In this document: one piece after another, positions 14,501-26,962 of the stretch
Numbering within the stretch: position 1 is the first letter of the stretch
Layout: every line of letters starts with the position of its first letter
Source of the DNA: Phoronis australis
Lineage: Eukaryota > Animalia > Phoronida
NCBI GenBank assembly: GCA_002633005.1
Contig: NMRA01000710.1
Span: 58,065 to 122,064 of the forward strand
DNA: 64,000 nucleotides
Reading direction: 5' to 3'
Notes under the pieces: generated by a model
The model's input: only the letters and a program-made list of their open reading frames with translations
Told to the model about the DNA's origin: nothing
Databases searched by the model: none
Position numbers and translations under genes: made by a program

Positions 14501-17500
14501 GTAAAATATGAAATTTGTTAAACTTTGTATTATTTAAGAAAATACTTCTCGTGTGAGATTATTGTCAAACATAGTTCACAATTCCAGCCACTTAATATAA
14601 CAGGAAGCATAGTTTTTGTGAGATAAATTACAAAAATAATTGGAAACCACCTCTTTTCCCAGCATGCATTTAAATCAGTGTTGAGACTTTGTTGTACAAC
14701 ACATCTTGATTATCTAATTACAATATCCCCAACTATATGGAATTGGTTGGTGCCCAGCATATTTAGGTCTTAGCTAATTACACAAGGCTCTGGCAGACGA
14801 TTGTGTGTTGGAAATATCATGGTTAAGTAATAGCATGTGTCAATGTCCTTTCAAAATACAGTCACCAAAACATTTTTCATCCCAAAATAATTATGTAGCT
14901 AAAGAAAATCTTATAACTCAGCATGTACCATGTTTGAGGTGACGTAATGCGTCAAGGGTTCAGTGCATCAGGGGTTTGCTGCATTAAGGGTTCGCTGCTT
15001 CAAGGGTTCGCTGCGTCAAGGATTCGCTGCATCAAGAGTATACTGGATCAAGGGTTTGCTGCATCAAGGGTTCGCTGCATCAAGAGTTTGCTGCATCAAG
15101 GGTTCGCAGCTTCAAGGGTTTGCTGCGTCAAGGGTTCGCTGCATCAAGAGTATACTGGATCAAGGGTTCAATGCTTTCTGATGTAGACGGTTTTGCGTCT
15201 GCAGAATCCAACCAAAAGTCTTGGTTCAATCATGGAGTTATAATTTAAAAATCTCAGTTCAACGAACTGAAGTCATGTTCGAATGTGACTAATTATAAGT
15301 GTTAGTCATGACTAACCAAGGATCGAGGTGCCACCTTTCAATCTATCAGTTATTTTTAAAACTTGATAATTATGTAACTTGGTCATTATAATTCTGTTGG
15401 CCTGAACCTGGCTGATATTGATTTTGAGCAGTTTTGAACATTGATACAGTCACCAGATATTCCTGAAATTTTTCCTGATAAAACTTAAATTTATGTGGGA
15501 GGGAACATATCTTGCCCATTTTTGGCCATTACAGCTTGAGCATTAGGGGCAATTTTAGGTCTAGTTTTGTAAGCATCCATTTTAATTCATCTCTCTATTT
15601 TCCAATAGGGGTTCTGCAATAGTGAGGATGACTAGCAATGATTATTGGATGAATCTAACAGCTGCAGTGTCTCCTAGTGGTAGTTTGAATTTTGTTTGTG
15701 TCAATGCCAACATTTCCTAAGGTTATGTTTACAAGTTTTTGACTGACGATCACTGTACCCTGCAGACAAACGTATCAGTGATAAAAGCATTTCTCACAAT
15801 GTATCAGTGATATAAGCATTTCTCACAATGTATCAGTGATATAAGCATTTCTCACAATGTATCAGTGATATAAGCATTTCTCACAATGTATCAGTGATAT
15901 AAGCATTTTTCACAATGTATCAGTGATATAAGCATTTCTCACAATGTATCAGTGATATAAGCATTTTTCACAATGTATCACTGATATAAGCATTTTTCAC
16001 AATGTATCAGTGATATAAGCATTTCTCACAATGTATCAGTGATATAAGCATTTTTCACAATGTATCAGTGATATAAGCATTTCTCACAATGTATCAGTGA
16101 TATAAGCATTTCTCGCAATGTATCAGTGATATAAGCATTTCTCGCAATGTATCAGTGATATAAGCATTTCTCACAATGTATCAGTGATATAAGCATTTCT
16201 CACAATGTATCAGTGATATAAGCATTTCTCACAATGTATCAGTGATATAAGCATTTCTCGCAATGTATCAGTGATATAAGCATTTTTCACAATGTATCAG
16301 TGATATAAGCATTTCTCACAATGTATCAGTGATATAAGCATTTTTCACAATGTATCAGTGATATAAGCATTTCTCACAATGTATCAGTGATATAAGCATT
16401 TTTCACAATGTATCACTGATATAAGCATTTTTCACAATGTATCAGTGATATAAGCATTTCTCACAATGTATCAGTGATATAAGCATTTTTCACAATGTAT
16501 CAGTGATATAAGCATTTCTCGCAATGTATCCGTTCTATAAGCATTTCTCACAATGTATCAGTGATATAAGCATTTCTCGCAATGTATCCGTGCTATAAGC
16601 ATTTCTCGCAATGTATCAGTGATATAAGCATTTTTCACAATGTATCAGTGATATAAGCATTTCTCGCAATGTATGCCTGGCTCACATGCCTATCCCAGAG
16701 CACTGCTAGTACTGTTAAGTCTAAAGGAAGCTGTCTGATTACAGTGAATCTCTACATTCATTGGCACACTGCTGTGTCCCTTGATGCACAAATAACCGAA
16801 GAAGAAACAAAGTGTTGCCATTTCATCCATTTCAATCTAAATGAAAGAATTAATAAGACAGTCTGTGGCTAGTAAAGACTCCTCAATATGAGAGGCAAAG
16901 TTTGCAAGTCTTATTATTACACTCTCAATATCAGCTGTAGTCAAGTCTAGTGTATCACCAGTGGCCGTGACACTTGAATTATAGTAACTTTCAATCACAC
17001 CATTACCTAGCAGTACATTGAACTTTCTCAAAAGGTAAAATGCATGTTCTGCGGAATCTAAAGAAAATGACTAACCTTGAGTGTTCCACAAATTTCTCAA
17101 AAACGGTGACCTCACTGACTGCTTCAGTTGTCAGGCTGGACTGAAGAGTTATATAGATTTGTTTATATTACAGAAAACTGCCTTCTTAAGGTGATGAATG
17201 AATGTTTTCACCGCCAAAACAAGCAGCCATGCAATGATGCAAACAGTACTTCACCTGGCTATCATAATTTTTACTCACTTTAAACTGTTTTGAATCTGAC
17301 AGACTTTTACGGCTATGAAAGGTTCATGTCTATCACGCACATGTACATGTTCACTTAGTTTACACACATGTATTGTGTGAATAGTGTATAACTACTTGCT
17401 GTTATGGGAAGTTATATAGTAGCAGAGTTGGCCAGCACAGAGGAGGCTATATATTAGCAGAGTTGGCCAGTACAGAGGAGGCTATATATTGGCAGAGTTG

Positions 17501-20500
17501 GCCAGTACAGAGGAGGCTATATATTGGCAGAGTTGGCCAGTACAGAGGAGGCTATATATTGGCAGAGTTGGCCAGTACAGAGGAGGCTATATATTGGCAG
17601 AGTTGGCCAGTACAGAGGAGGCTATATATATTGGCAGAGTTGGCCAGCACAGAGGAGGCTACATATAGGCAGAGTTGGCCAGTACAGAGGAGGCTATATA
17701 TATTGGCAGAGTTGGCCAGTACAGAGGAGGCTATATATTAGCAGAGTTGGCCAGTACAGAGGAGGCTGCCATGACTGTAAATATTGTTTGCCTCATTTTC
17801 GATTTCCTCTTAATATTCTTGAGGTAATATTAAGAAAGGTCTATTGTTCTTAATGTTAGGTGCTGATATTATCATGTTATAACATGGGACATGCTGTATC
17901 ACTGTAACTTTGATTACCTATGAGCTGGTTAATGCCTCTTTTGAATTCTATTTTGTTCAGTTGCTTATCGGCAACGTCAGTTGTTTGCCATTTGATAGAG
18001 ACTCTCCATTGGAATTGATTTCATTTTATTAGAAGATCTAATTCCTCTTTCTCCCTTAGCTACAATACTGGGAATACTCTATGTTGGTGGGTCACTGATG
18101 GCGACCAATCAGATTCAAGCTGGCGACCTTATGTCCTTCTTGGTTGCAACACAAACAATACAGCGGTCATTGGCTCAACTGTCCATATTGTTTGGGCAGG
18201 CTGTGAGGGGATTGAATGCAGGATCCAGAGTTTTGGAGGTACATACAAAACAACTAAGTTCTGGTTGCATTGTTATGTCTCCTGATGCTTGATTACTATA
18301 TAATACTATTCACATGATCCAATGGGCATTATGCTCATGGGTGTTTGCCTTAATGTTCTATATATTATTTATAATCCATGACTCATGACTGTTGTAGTCA
18401 TTGCTGTATGCCATTAAGAGCAAGAGCTTGTGTTGGTGATTCTAATTATCCATATACTGTTATAAACTAAATTAAAAGTGAATTTCCTTTATCAGCAGTC
18501 TGATTTTTTGCAGTATCTTAACATCAAGAGTAAAGTGTCGATCTTTGGTGGCAGAACTTTGCCTGTCAACAGCCTGTCTGGAAATGTTGAGTTCAAGAAT
18601 GTAGACTTCTCCTATCCTAGTCGTCCAGAACAAGTAGGTATCCACAGCTGAAGCAGTTGGTTGTAGCCAGGTTGATAAGCTGTGTCAATAGTCAGATGGT
18701 TGTAGCCTGGTTGGTAAGCTTTGTCAATAGCCAAAATCCTTGGGTGTATTTTCATGAAATTTTGAGCATATGTTCGTATAGTTGCTGGAACAGCATGAGC
18801 AAATTTTTGGATGGATCTAACTATAGATGTGGAATTTAAATTTTTTTCGTTTACCTCCAGTCTGTATCTTAAAAGATCCTCAACAGATTTTCATAAAATT
18901 TGGCAAATAGGCATCTATTAGTGGGATGATGCCACCCTCTGGTTTTGGTATGGATTCGAGGCATTTTGTGCCACCTAATGATTGTTTTGGAATGGATTCA
19001 AGACATTTTGTGCCACCTAGTGATTGTTTTGGAATGGATTCAACGTTTTCTGCTCCACCCAGTGACCATTTTTTTCTCTGAGGATGATTACCGACATTGG
19101 TATAATATATTTGTTCTTACTTGGCAGATGATGGCTAACAGTGATTTCCTAGATAGCTTTCATAAAACTTTGCAAGTAGTATCTGGCAGACAGCACAGTT
19201 TCCCTTCTTTGAGGTTGATTTGATATATGTTTCACCACCTATTTGCCTTATTGTTTTTATGTTGTGTGTGTTATACCTTCACTGCATTCGATGCACGAGG
19301 TGGAGACATTATACATATATGTCTTGTCTCTACACTGTGTTTGAAGCACAGAGTTAACACATATCAACGGTCCATGTTACAGTTGCTTGTCTACATGTAT
19401 AGAGTGGCAGTGTTTGCAACATACCAAAGTATCTTTTGTAAGCAAAATGTTTCAGATTGTGTGACAAATCATGTGATCTGTGTGACAAATCATGTGATCT
19501 GTGGCAAATCATGTGATCTGTGTGACAAATCATGTGATCTGTGTGACAAATCATGTGATCTGTGTGACAAATCATGTGATCTGTGTGACAAATCATGTGA
19601 TCTGTGTGACAAACCTTGCGATCTTGGCAAATCTCACAAGAAATCTTGATGTCTTAATCTTGTTGATATCAGTGATACATGTTATGTTGTTTCAGAAAGT
19701 GCTTCAGGATTTCAACTTGCAAATACCTGGTGGAAAAGTTGTAGCACTGTGTGGTCTCTCTGGTGGTGGTAAGTTAGCACTGTGTGGACTCTTGTGGTTT
19801 TAAGTTAGCGCTGTGTGGTCTCTCTGGTAGTGGTATGTTAGCACTGTTTTGTCTCTCTGGTGGTAAGTTAGCGCTGTGTGGTCTCTCTGGTAGTGGTAAG
19901 TTAGCACTGTCTGGTCTCTCTGGTGGTAAGTTAGCGCTGTTTGGTCTCTCTGGTGGTAAGTTAGCACTGTGTGCTCTCTCTGGTGGTAAGTTAGCACTGT
20001 GTGGTCTCTCTGGTGGTAAGTTAGCACTGTTTTGTCTCTCTGGTGGTAAGTTAGCACTGTGTGGTCTCTCTAGTGAGGATAAGTTAGCTATGCCTGTTTT
20101 CTTGGTGGATCTTCATGAAAATTGGTGGGTTTGTGTATATTGCAATGGAGGAAAGCAGGACCAACGTTTTCTTTGCACAGTTCTGAGTACTGTGGCATCT
20201 TGCTGGAGCAGTTTTAGTTTACTTTTCATCTACTTTATTATCTACTGAGCCTTTTGGTGAACCGTCATGTCGTTTGGAAAATATATTTGCATCAAGGTTT
20301 GAACAGAGTGATCTGGTGAATAGTGTCGCCCCTTGTGGCAATGAATGCTGTGCCCCTGTTGTAGCAATGGATGCTGTGCTCACTTGTAGCAGTGGATGCT
20401 GTGCTCACTTGTAGCAATGAATACTGTGCCCCCTTGTGACATTGAATGCTATGCCCCCTTGTGGCAATGAATGCTGTGCGCCCTCTTGTGGCAATGAATG

Positions 20501-23500
20501 CTGCGTCCCTTGAGGCATTGGCTGCTGTGCCCCCTTCTAGTAATGAATGCTGTGCCCCTTTATGGCAACGGATGCTGTGCTCCTTTGTGCAATGAATGCT
20601 GTGCCCCTTGTAGCATTGAATGCTGTGCCCTCTTGTACCAATTTACTTAGTATTTAGATTTGATCATATCCGAACTTGCATTGCTGCAGCAATAGTAGTT
20701 ACAGGAGACTTGAGTGACATCTTTTGGTATTACAGGAAAATCAACTGTAGCAGCTCTTCTGGAAAGATTTTATGAAACTGACAAGGGTGTGATTACTATA
20801 GATGATGTGGACATTAAAACATTGGACCCCTCTTGGTTAAGAGGGCGTGTTATAGGATTCATTAATCAGGTATGTCATCGTCAACATCAAAGTATGTCGA
20901 TGTCAACATCTATGTAATCAACTTTCAGTCGACCAAGAAAGACTGCTCACCATTTATGCATGACCCAAAATTTTACTTTCAAACCATAATTGAAAACAGT
21001 ATTGCTATTTCTGGTGTCTCCATGAGAGTACACTTACAACTTCCTGTTTCTAGTGTTACCATGACAACACACTTACTACTTCCTGTTTCTAGCAAATTTG
21101 ATCTGACTGCACATCGTCATTACTGGAGTATTCTGGGCTTTGCACATTTGTGTGTGGCTCAATAATTGCACATTTGTGGGATTGAAGCACCATTTTATAC
21201 TGAAAACTAACAATTCAATTGCAATTCACTTGCTGGGTAATTCTGATATGTTTGTTATGTCAATACCACTGCCAATAAGTGAACAGAAGAGGAAAAGTTC
21301 TAGGATCAGTTAGCCACAGACTATTCCACATTTTTAATTTTTTGCAGTTTTAAACAATAAATGTACTTTCAAAGTTTTAACATGACAAGTGCTGTTAGCA
21401 TCAAATACATCAAACCTGCAAAATCTTATTTTTGACAAATTTGTTGATTTATATATTTTTATTCAGTACTCAGGTTCGTCCTTTCAGTCATAAACCAAAG
21501 TTTTTGAACATTTCAGCAAATTAAATGCAATTAGTCGTTGAAATGTGAAAAGTTGCGATTGTGTCAACTGTTTGTGCTCATTGCTCTGTCATTCAGTAAA
21601 CACTGTTATTGTGTTATTTGTGCTCATTGCCCTGATGTTATTCAGCAAACACTGTTATTGTGTTTGTGCTCAATGCCATGTTGTTATTCAGTAAACACTG
21701 TTATTGTGTTTGTGCTTAGTGCCCTGATGTTATACAGTAAAGACAGACTGTTGTTGTGTTTGCTCAGTGACATACTCGGTGGGAGTGAATGTAAGGTTAT
21801 GATGATGAAGATTTTTGAAATTCACTTTGGTCAGGACCAGGGAAGTGTGATTAAAACTGAATGGATGTCTTGTTCTTTACTCTGTCAGGAACCTGTGCTG
21901 TTTGCTACGAGTGTACGAGAGAACATTAGGTATGGTCGACCAGAGGCTAGTGATGAGCAGGTAAATTATGATTGAAGGAACGTGTCCATTCAATTTGACT
22001 CTTCTGCAGTGGTTCTCCTGCTTCTATACCTTAATATGACAGTTAGTTTTCAATATAAACTGGCAATATTGAAATTTGTTAAAGTTTCGAGTATTATTAG
22101 AAGCTGCTGCCAGTGGTTGAATACAGTAAAATCATACTGATTTCGGACAGTCCAAAATATTTATTTTTTCCGTTTTTGAGCTTGTCCAATTTTGAAAAAA
22201 CTCCGATGTATCAGGGTCATGGAATATCCCAACTTGAAGAAACTACTTCTGAATGTTTAGAAAGTCGTACGATTTTCAGTTTACCAGCCATTTCGGGACA
22301 AGAATAAATATTACCAAAATAAGTTTTCCATAGTCCACAAAATGTGTGCAAGGTCAAAACTGTTTTTCAATGGTCCACGAATTTCAGGCAACGTCATAAA
22401 TGTCAGATATCTGTCCCGCGAATTTCGGACTGGGAAAAATGTGTTAGAAACACTAAATTTGGATTGACGCAACTCGCATGCTGCCAAAGTGTTAAATGGA
22501 TGATTACCAACTCTGTAAGGCTTGAGAATCGGTGTCACTGTGAATGTCACTGAGAGTGTCACTAGGAATGTGACTGGCTATGTGATTTTTACCTTTTAAA
22601 GAAGAATGCCACCCGATGTAATTAGTCTTTTTTACCGTCTTAATCGGTTTATATCCACATCGCCTCATATACGGTCGACCTCACCTTGCTGAGAGGTGTC
22701 GCATTAACCTGTGAGGAAGGTGAGAAACGACGCAGCGACGTCAGTGGTTCGTCTGCAGAGTTAATGCCCCTATATTGCGGTGCAGCGTTCCCGCTTGTTC
22801 GAACTATGAAGCTGCGAAGAAAGCGGGTATATCGTTTTTTTTGACTTCCTCGAGAGCCCGAAATGCTTAGGAAGTGGTTCGCGGTAGTGAAGAATGAAAG
22901 GTAGGCTGTTAATAGCAAGTATGAGGCCGTGAAACAGCTCCGTGTCTGTGGCCGGCTTTTCGATTTCCCTGAAGAATTCCGGCTTCGAACTATCCATACT
23001 TTCCGTTGCCTGTGCATCTTCTTGGCGCCTCTCTAGTATTTCTTGATCAGTGTATTCCGGTTCGAACTGATAGTTTGTGAAACCTTACAATCCGACCCGT
23101 GAAGTCTTCGTCGGATGAGCTCTTGACTAAGTCGGGATTGGCGCCGGGAGAGTTGCCATGTATTCTGCGTTCTGTTTCAAAATGAATTATTCTCATCCTA
23201 ACCAATGCTTATATAAAAATGAAACAAAGTCTGTCTCATTAGATACAATTTGTAATGCCTTTGCAGTATTCGTGAGTGCAAAATTTAATGTTGATAAGCA
23301 AGCAATGAAACCACTGCATTACCGGCTTTTGATGCCGGCAATGAATAAAGGTAATTGACCGGGCACCGAGGCTGTGTGAGCGCATGCTAATTCAGTGTTT
23401 GCTGACAGAAAGCTGTTGTGAACCAATTACTCGATTATGCTATGGTCACATGTTAGGGGAATCTTATTTGAAATACAAATACATTACTCAAATCATTGTT

Positions 23501-26500
23501 AATATACAACCTTTGCCCTGACGGTCTGTGGAAGGGGAACCCGACTTCACGGCCCCCGACAATTCGGTTTCGTAGTTAATTCACGAAAATAATTACGTGC
23601 ACATTATTTATTTGGCTCACTATTATCAGTGTTGTAGTGGGGCGTAGGTGCACGCAGGCGCAGCCAACCACCTTTTGGCATTTGAACGTAGCGCCTAAGC
23701 ACCGTAAGTTACGTTCAGCCGGTGCTCAAGGTGATACGATAGGCTTTCGGTGCCTACTTACCTCTACTTTTACCACTACAGCACTGACTATTGTAGTCTT
23801 TTCGTGACTGGAGGTTTAGTTTCCAACTCAACCCGCGAAGGGCCTAATTGGGTTCCGAGCCACTGGCCAGGATAACGAGTCAGTCCGGCCGCGACAGGCC
23901 TGATCGGGTTCTGAGCCCTGGCCAGGATAACAAGCGTTTTGTGTGTTTAGAACTCAAAAAATCACAAGTCTAAACAACACAGATCTAGGTTCTCTTGCCT
24001 GTATTTCACGGAAGAATTTATCTCCGAACAGACCCCAAACTCCTGCTAAATTGGCCTGTCGAACTTTGTAGGTTACGGTGTGTGTCCAAATATCAATAAA
24101 TTCGTAACAGTGAAATAAAACAACACGTTTTTATAAGAACACGGTGTATTTTTAAGGGTTTTACATTGAAGTTTGGTGATTTATTGGTGTTAAATGATGA
24201 ATCCAAGCAATAAGCTGACACGTCCAGTAACTCCTTTTGTGAACTGCTGAACAGACTGCGTGTGAAACCAATGACGTCATTAGATAATTTAAACACCTCC
24301 GTCTGCCGTCAGGTGTCGGGTAACGCAACCGAACGTGCAGTTATAGAGTAGAACTACTTGATCTAAATTGATACAAAGTAGGTTGTTTTTTGGGTGGCAT
24401 TCTCCTTTAATGTTATGATCATAGCCTCGAGTCTATCGTTTTCATAGAAATTTATATGCATCTCCTTTCCTCTTATTTCTAGGTAGAGTGTGCAGCCCGT
24501 CTAGCCAATGCACATGACTTCATCAGTGAGTTTCCTGAAGGCTATGACACAGTCCTTGGGGAGAGGGGTGTGACTATCTCAGGGGGACAGAAGCAGAGGG
24601 TTGCCATAGCACGGGCACTGTTGAAGAATCCAGCAATACTGATACTGGATGAGGCTACCAGGTAAATGATAACCTCTGTTAGGGACCACACTTGTGCATG
24701 ATGCTTATGGGGTAACAGTGACGGACCCTACTTGTGGGGTAACAGTGACGGACCCTACTTGTGGGGTAACAGTGACAGGGACCCTACTTGTGGGGTAACA
24801 GTGACAGGGACCCTACTTGTGGGTTAACAGTGAAGGGACCCTACTTGTGGGGTAACAGTGACAGGGACCCTACTTGTGGGGTAACACTGACAGGGACCCT
24901 ACTTGTGGGTCTCATTGTGGAGCGTAATAGATGGTAACGCAACTTGTGTGGCTCTGTTTGGGGTGTGACAGACGGGAACCTGTCTTTTGTGTATTTCTGT
25001 GGGGTGCAGCAGATGGGAACCCAAATTGTGTGTCTTTGCGTGTGGGTGCAGTGGGCAGGAACATAACTCATGCATGTTTAAAGAGTGCGAAAGGCATGAA
25101 TCCCTTAATTGTACATTACTATTTGGGATATAGAAGACAGGAAGCCTATTCTTGGGTCTGTGTGTGTGTGCGACATACATGTACTAAAGAATCTTCTTGG
25201 TCTTGAGAGGGAGGGCCGGAACACAACATTTGGTTGTCTGTTTAGGGTGGGACTGGCAGAGGCTCAACTTTTGCATAATTTTTTGGGTTAGAAAGAGCAG
25301 GAACCTTGCTTGTGATTGTTTGTATGGGGCTTGATATGCAGTAACCCAGTTTGCGGGTGTCTGTGTTGGCAGTCACAGACAGACCCAATTCATGCATGTC
25401 TGAGGGTAGCGGCTGATGTAACCCAATTTGTGCCTATCTGTATGGAATGTATGTGACCACCGAGAACTCAGATATGCGATTACAGGCACTGATAATGGTT
25501 ACTGAGCACAAGATGACTTGGTCACTTTCATGGTGTACTGCTTACGGAAATTTGTTTTTTCACTGCAACAATTGTTTTCAGAGCTGATTCACCTCAGAAA
25601 ACAAATATGCATAGTTATAGCAATGCATTCTTATAAATGGAGACATCCAGTATACATGTAGTATTTACTATGGTGTACAAATGTCATGACATTTTTACCT
25701 CATACTGTAGTCATTTCAATAACTGATCCTCTCAGAGCACTCATGACAACAGGGGGTGCTATTAGTATCTAAAGAAATGAGGTCATAATAGGGGGTGCTG
25801 CTGTGTCTAAAGAAATGAAATCACAGCAGGGGATGTGAGATCACAACAAGGGATGTGCTGGTAGTGTCTGGAGAGATGAGATCATAAGAGGGGTGGTTAT
25901 TAAGGTCTACAGTGTTGAAATCACAGAATTTATTACTGTTGCCAAAGATAAGCATCCTTTTCACCCGTGGCTGCATTGAAATTGTGATCACACACCAATT
26001 GTATACTGTCTTGCAGTTGCATAAATTTAAATTCACACTGAATATGGTGAAAATATACATGTAACTGAAGCTATGTGTCTGTGTTTACTTCACAAAAATG
26101 TACTGTGTGTAATTATGCACCTGGTTGTAAACAGTATGCTGTTAATGAAGTAACAGAGTGTTTGAGTAAGGGTGAAGCCTGCTGTGAGTTAAATGTTCAG
26201 GCGCACTCAGGTTTAATCAATCAGCATGACTGTCTTTAACAGTGCCTTGGATTCTGAGTCTGAGAGAGTTGTACAAGAGGCACTGGACCGGGTCATTGAG
26301 AACCGCACAACTTTGGTGATAGCACATCGACTAAGTACGATACAAAACGCTGATATCATAGCTGTTGTGGCAGATGGTGAGATAGCAGAGGTTAGTATTA
26401 CAACGTGTCTGTTGTGTCAGATGGTGAGATAGATGAGGTTAGTATTACAACATGGCTGTTGTGTCAGATGGAGAGATAGATGAGGTTAGTATTACAACAT

Positions 26501-26962
26501 GACTACTGTGTCAGATGGTGAGATAGATGTTGTTAGAATTACAGCATGACTATTTTGTCCGATAGTGAGATAGATGTGGTTAGTATTACAGCATGACTGT
26601 TGTGTCAGATGGTGAGATAGATGAGGGTAGTATTACAACATGACTATTGTGTCAGATTGTGAGATAGATGTGGTAGTATTACTGCATGACTATTATGTCA
26701 GATGGTGAGATAGATGTTGGTAGTATTACAACATGGCTGCTGTGTCAGATGGTGATCGTTACTCAAGTCGTTGTTTCTAGTGAGGTGTTTGAACAATACT
26801 CATTGTTCCGTATTTGGTAAGAATGTCTTTTTTCAGATGGGAACTCATCAGACACTCCTCAGGCGACGCGGTCTGTACTATGAGTTGATAAAACAACAAC
26901 AGGTGGAGCAGGAGGTCGAAGAATGGATCCATAGTCACTCTCATCACCACCCTATGAGTTGA
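5588..26962 (+). CDS. ABCB8: Mitochondrial ABC half-transporter ABCB8 (MITOSUR)-like, multi-exon; first coding exon not securely located
   Basis: Phase-consistent GT-AG exons: 5588-5912, 7427-7582, 9025-9170, 11024-11099, 12384-12524, 13066-13151, 13997-14094, 18060-18238, 18514-18633, 19696-19768, 20736-20869, 21889-21960, 24483-24661, 26243-26390, 26837-26962 (TGA); about 2.06 kb coding. Motifs: [35 protein letters not shown] (ABCB8-typical), [38 protein letters not shown], Walker A GLSGGGKST, Q-loop INQEPVLF, signature ISGGQKQR, Walker [14 protein letters not shown]-loop IAHRLST. Confidence 0.93.
5960..6225. repeat. ~46-bp minisatellite (GTGACTGTGTTCATTGTGTCACTCCTGTCTCATCATAGTAAGGTTGG), about 6 copies
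   Basis: Direct reading; starts ~50 bp after the donor at 5912. Confidence 0.85.
7549..8033 (+). repeat. ~48-49-bp tandem repeat of an ABCB8 exon 3' end plus splice donor, about 10 copies
   Basis: Unit CTCAAACTGCTCTCTATGTATGGTGCGCAG|GTAT...; the first copy is coding (KLLSMYGTQ). Confidence 0.92.
8315..8610. repeat. Diverged ~65-bp tandem repeat (AGAATGACTGAT...GAACAGTCACATGGAACACTTTACA)
   Basis: Direct reading; about 4-5 copies. Confidence 0.7.
9870..9995 (-). mobile_element. tRNA-derived SINE head (CORE-like)
   Basis: Minus strand has A-box-like TGGCCTGATGTGTTAGG and B box GGTTCGAGTCC, followed by CCTTGAGTCAGGTCTCTAGCTC resembling the start of the CORE domain. The 11-bp inverted ends GCAGTGTGGCC/GGCCACACTGC span 9916-9992. 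Confidence 0.6.
11829..12412 (+). repeat. 41-42-bp tandem repeat of a splice acceptor plus ABCB8 exon 5' start, about 14 copies
   Basis: Unit TTATTTGTCTTCAG|ACTACTGGCTGTGTTGTATCACTGCTTG; only the last copy continues into the coding ISPRLT. Confidence 0.92.
12760..13020. repeat. Degenerate ~20-bp repeat (GTGACTACATGATGTTACACA)
   Basis: Direct reading. Confidence 0.7.
13320..13775. repeat. 30-bp minisatellite (TGATCACCATTGTTGATCATGTCTCACTAC), about 15 copies
   Basis: Direct reading; explains ORF 13362-13652. Confidence 0.88.
14215..14485. repeat. ~63-bp tandem repeat, about 4 copies
   Basis: CATGGGCTGTGTCACCACTAATGCATTAGTGTCCAGGTCATGTTAACTAGGCACACAACTCTA repeated almost identically. Confidence 0.88.
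14950..15175. repeat. 16-bp minisatellite (CAAGGGTTCGCTGCAT)
   Basis: Direct reading. Confidence 0.85.
15772..16675. repeat. 29-bp homogeneous minisatellite (AATGTATCAGTGATATAAGCATTTCTCAC), about 31 copies
   Basis: Direct reading; few variant positions. Confidence 0.95.
17420..17768. repeat. 35-37-bp minisatellite (GCAGAGTTGGCCAGTACAGAGGAGGCTATATATTG), about 10 copies
   Basis: Direct reading. Confidence 0.92.
19458..19632. repeat. 21-bp minisatellite (TGTGTGACAAATCATGTGATC), about 8 copies
   Basis: Direct reading. Confidence 0.92.
19742..20090 (+). repeat. 30-33-bp tandem repeat of the Walker A-coding exon end plus splice donor, about 11 copies
   Basis: Unit TAGCACTGTGTGGTCTCTCTGGTG|GTAAGT (ALCGLSG|G). 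Confidence 0.92.
20325..20640. repeat. ~26-bp diverged minisatellite (GTGCCCCTTGTGGCAATGAATGCT)
   Basis: Direct reading. Confidence 0.8.
21570..21770. repeat. ~46-bp diverged repeat (CAGTAAACACTGTTATTGTGTTTGTGCTCA...)
   Basis: Direct reading; about 4 copies. Confidence 0.7.
22600..24406. mobile_element. Non-autonomous Kolobok-type element (~1.8 kb) in an ABCB8 intron
   Basis: TTAA at 22596-22599 and 24407-24410. 15-bp TIRs with 1 mismatch (AGAAGAATGCCACCC / GGGTGGCATTCTCCT). CpG-rich against CpG-poor flanks. The minus strand carries a frameshifted SSSDEDF...[16 protein letters not shown] remnant (~23160-22950). Confidence 0.78.
23627..23786. mobile_element. hAT-like MITE (160 bp) nested in the Kolobok-type element
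   Basis: TIRs CAGTGTTGTAGTGG / CCACTACAGCACTG; 8-bp TSD ACTATTAT / ACTATTGT (1 mismatch). Confidence 0.75.
24708..24910. repeat. 28-30-bp minisatellite (GGGGTAACAGTGACAGGGACCCTACTTGT), about 7 copies
   Basis: Direct reading; ~50 bp after the donor at 24661. Confidence 0.9.
26362..26755 (+). repeat. 47-bp tandem repeat of an ABCB8 exon 3' end plus donor, about 8 copies
   Basis: Unit GTTGTGTCAGATGGTGAGATAGATGAG|GTTAGTATTACAACATGGCT; the first copy encodes VVADGEIAE. Confidence 0.9.

Noticed and set aside
15772-16675. CRISPR-like 29-bp repeats
   Set aside because: Head-to-tail with no spacers, in a eukaryotic intron, with no cas genes.
19227-19649. Metallothionein-like CDKSCDL repeats
   Set aside because: Product of an intronic 21-bp minisatellite that is open in several frames.
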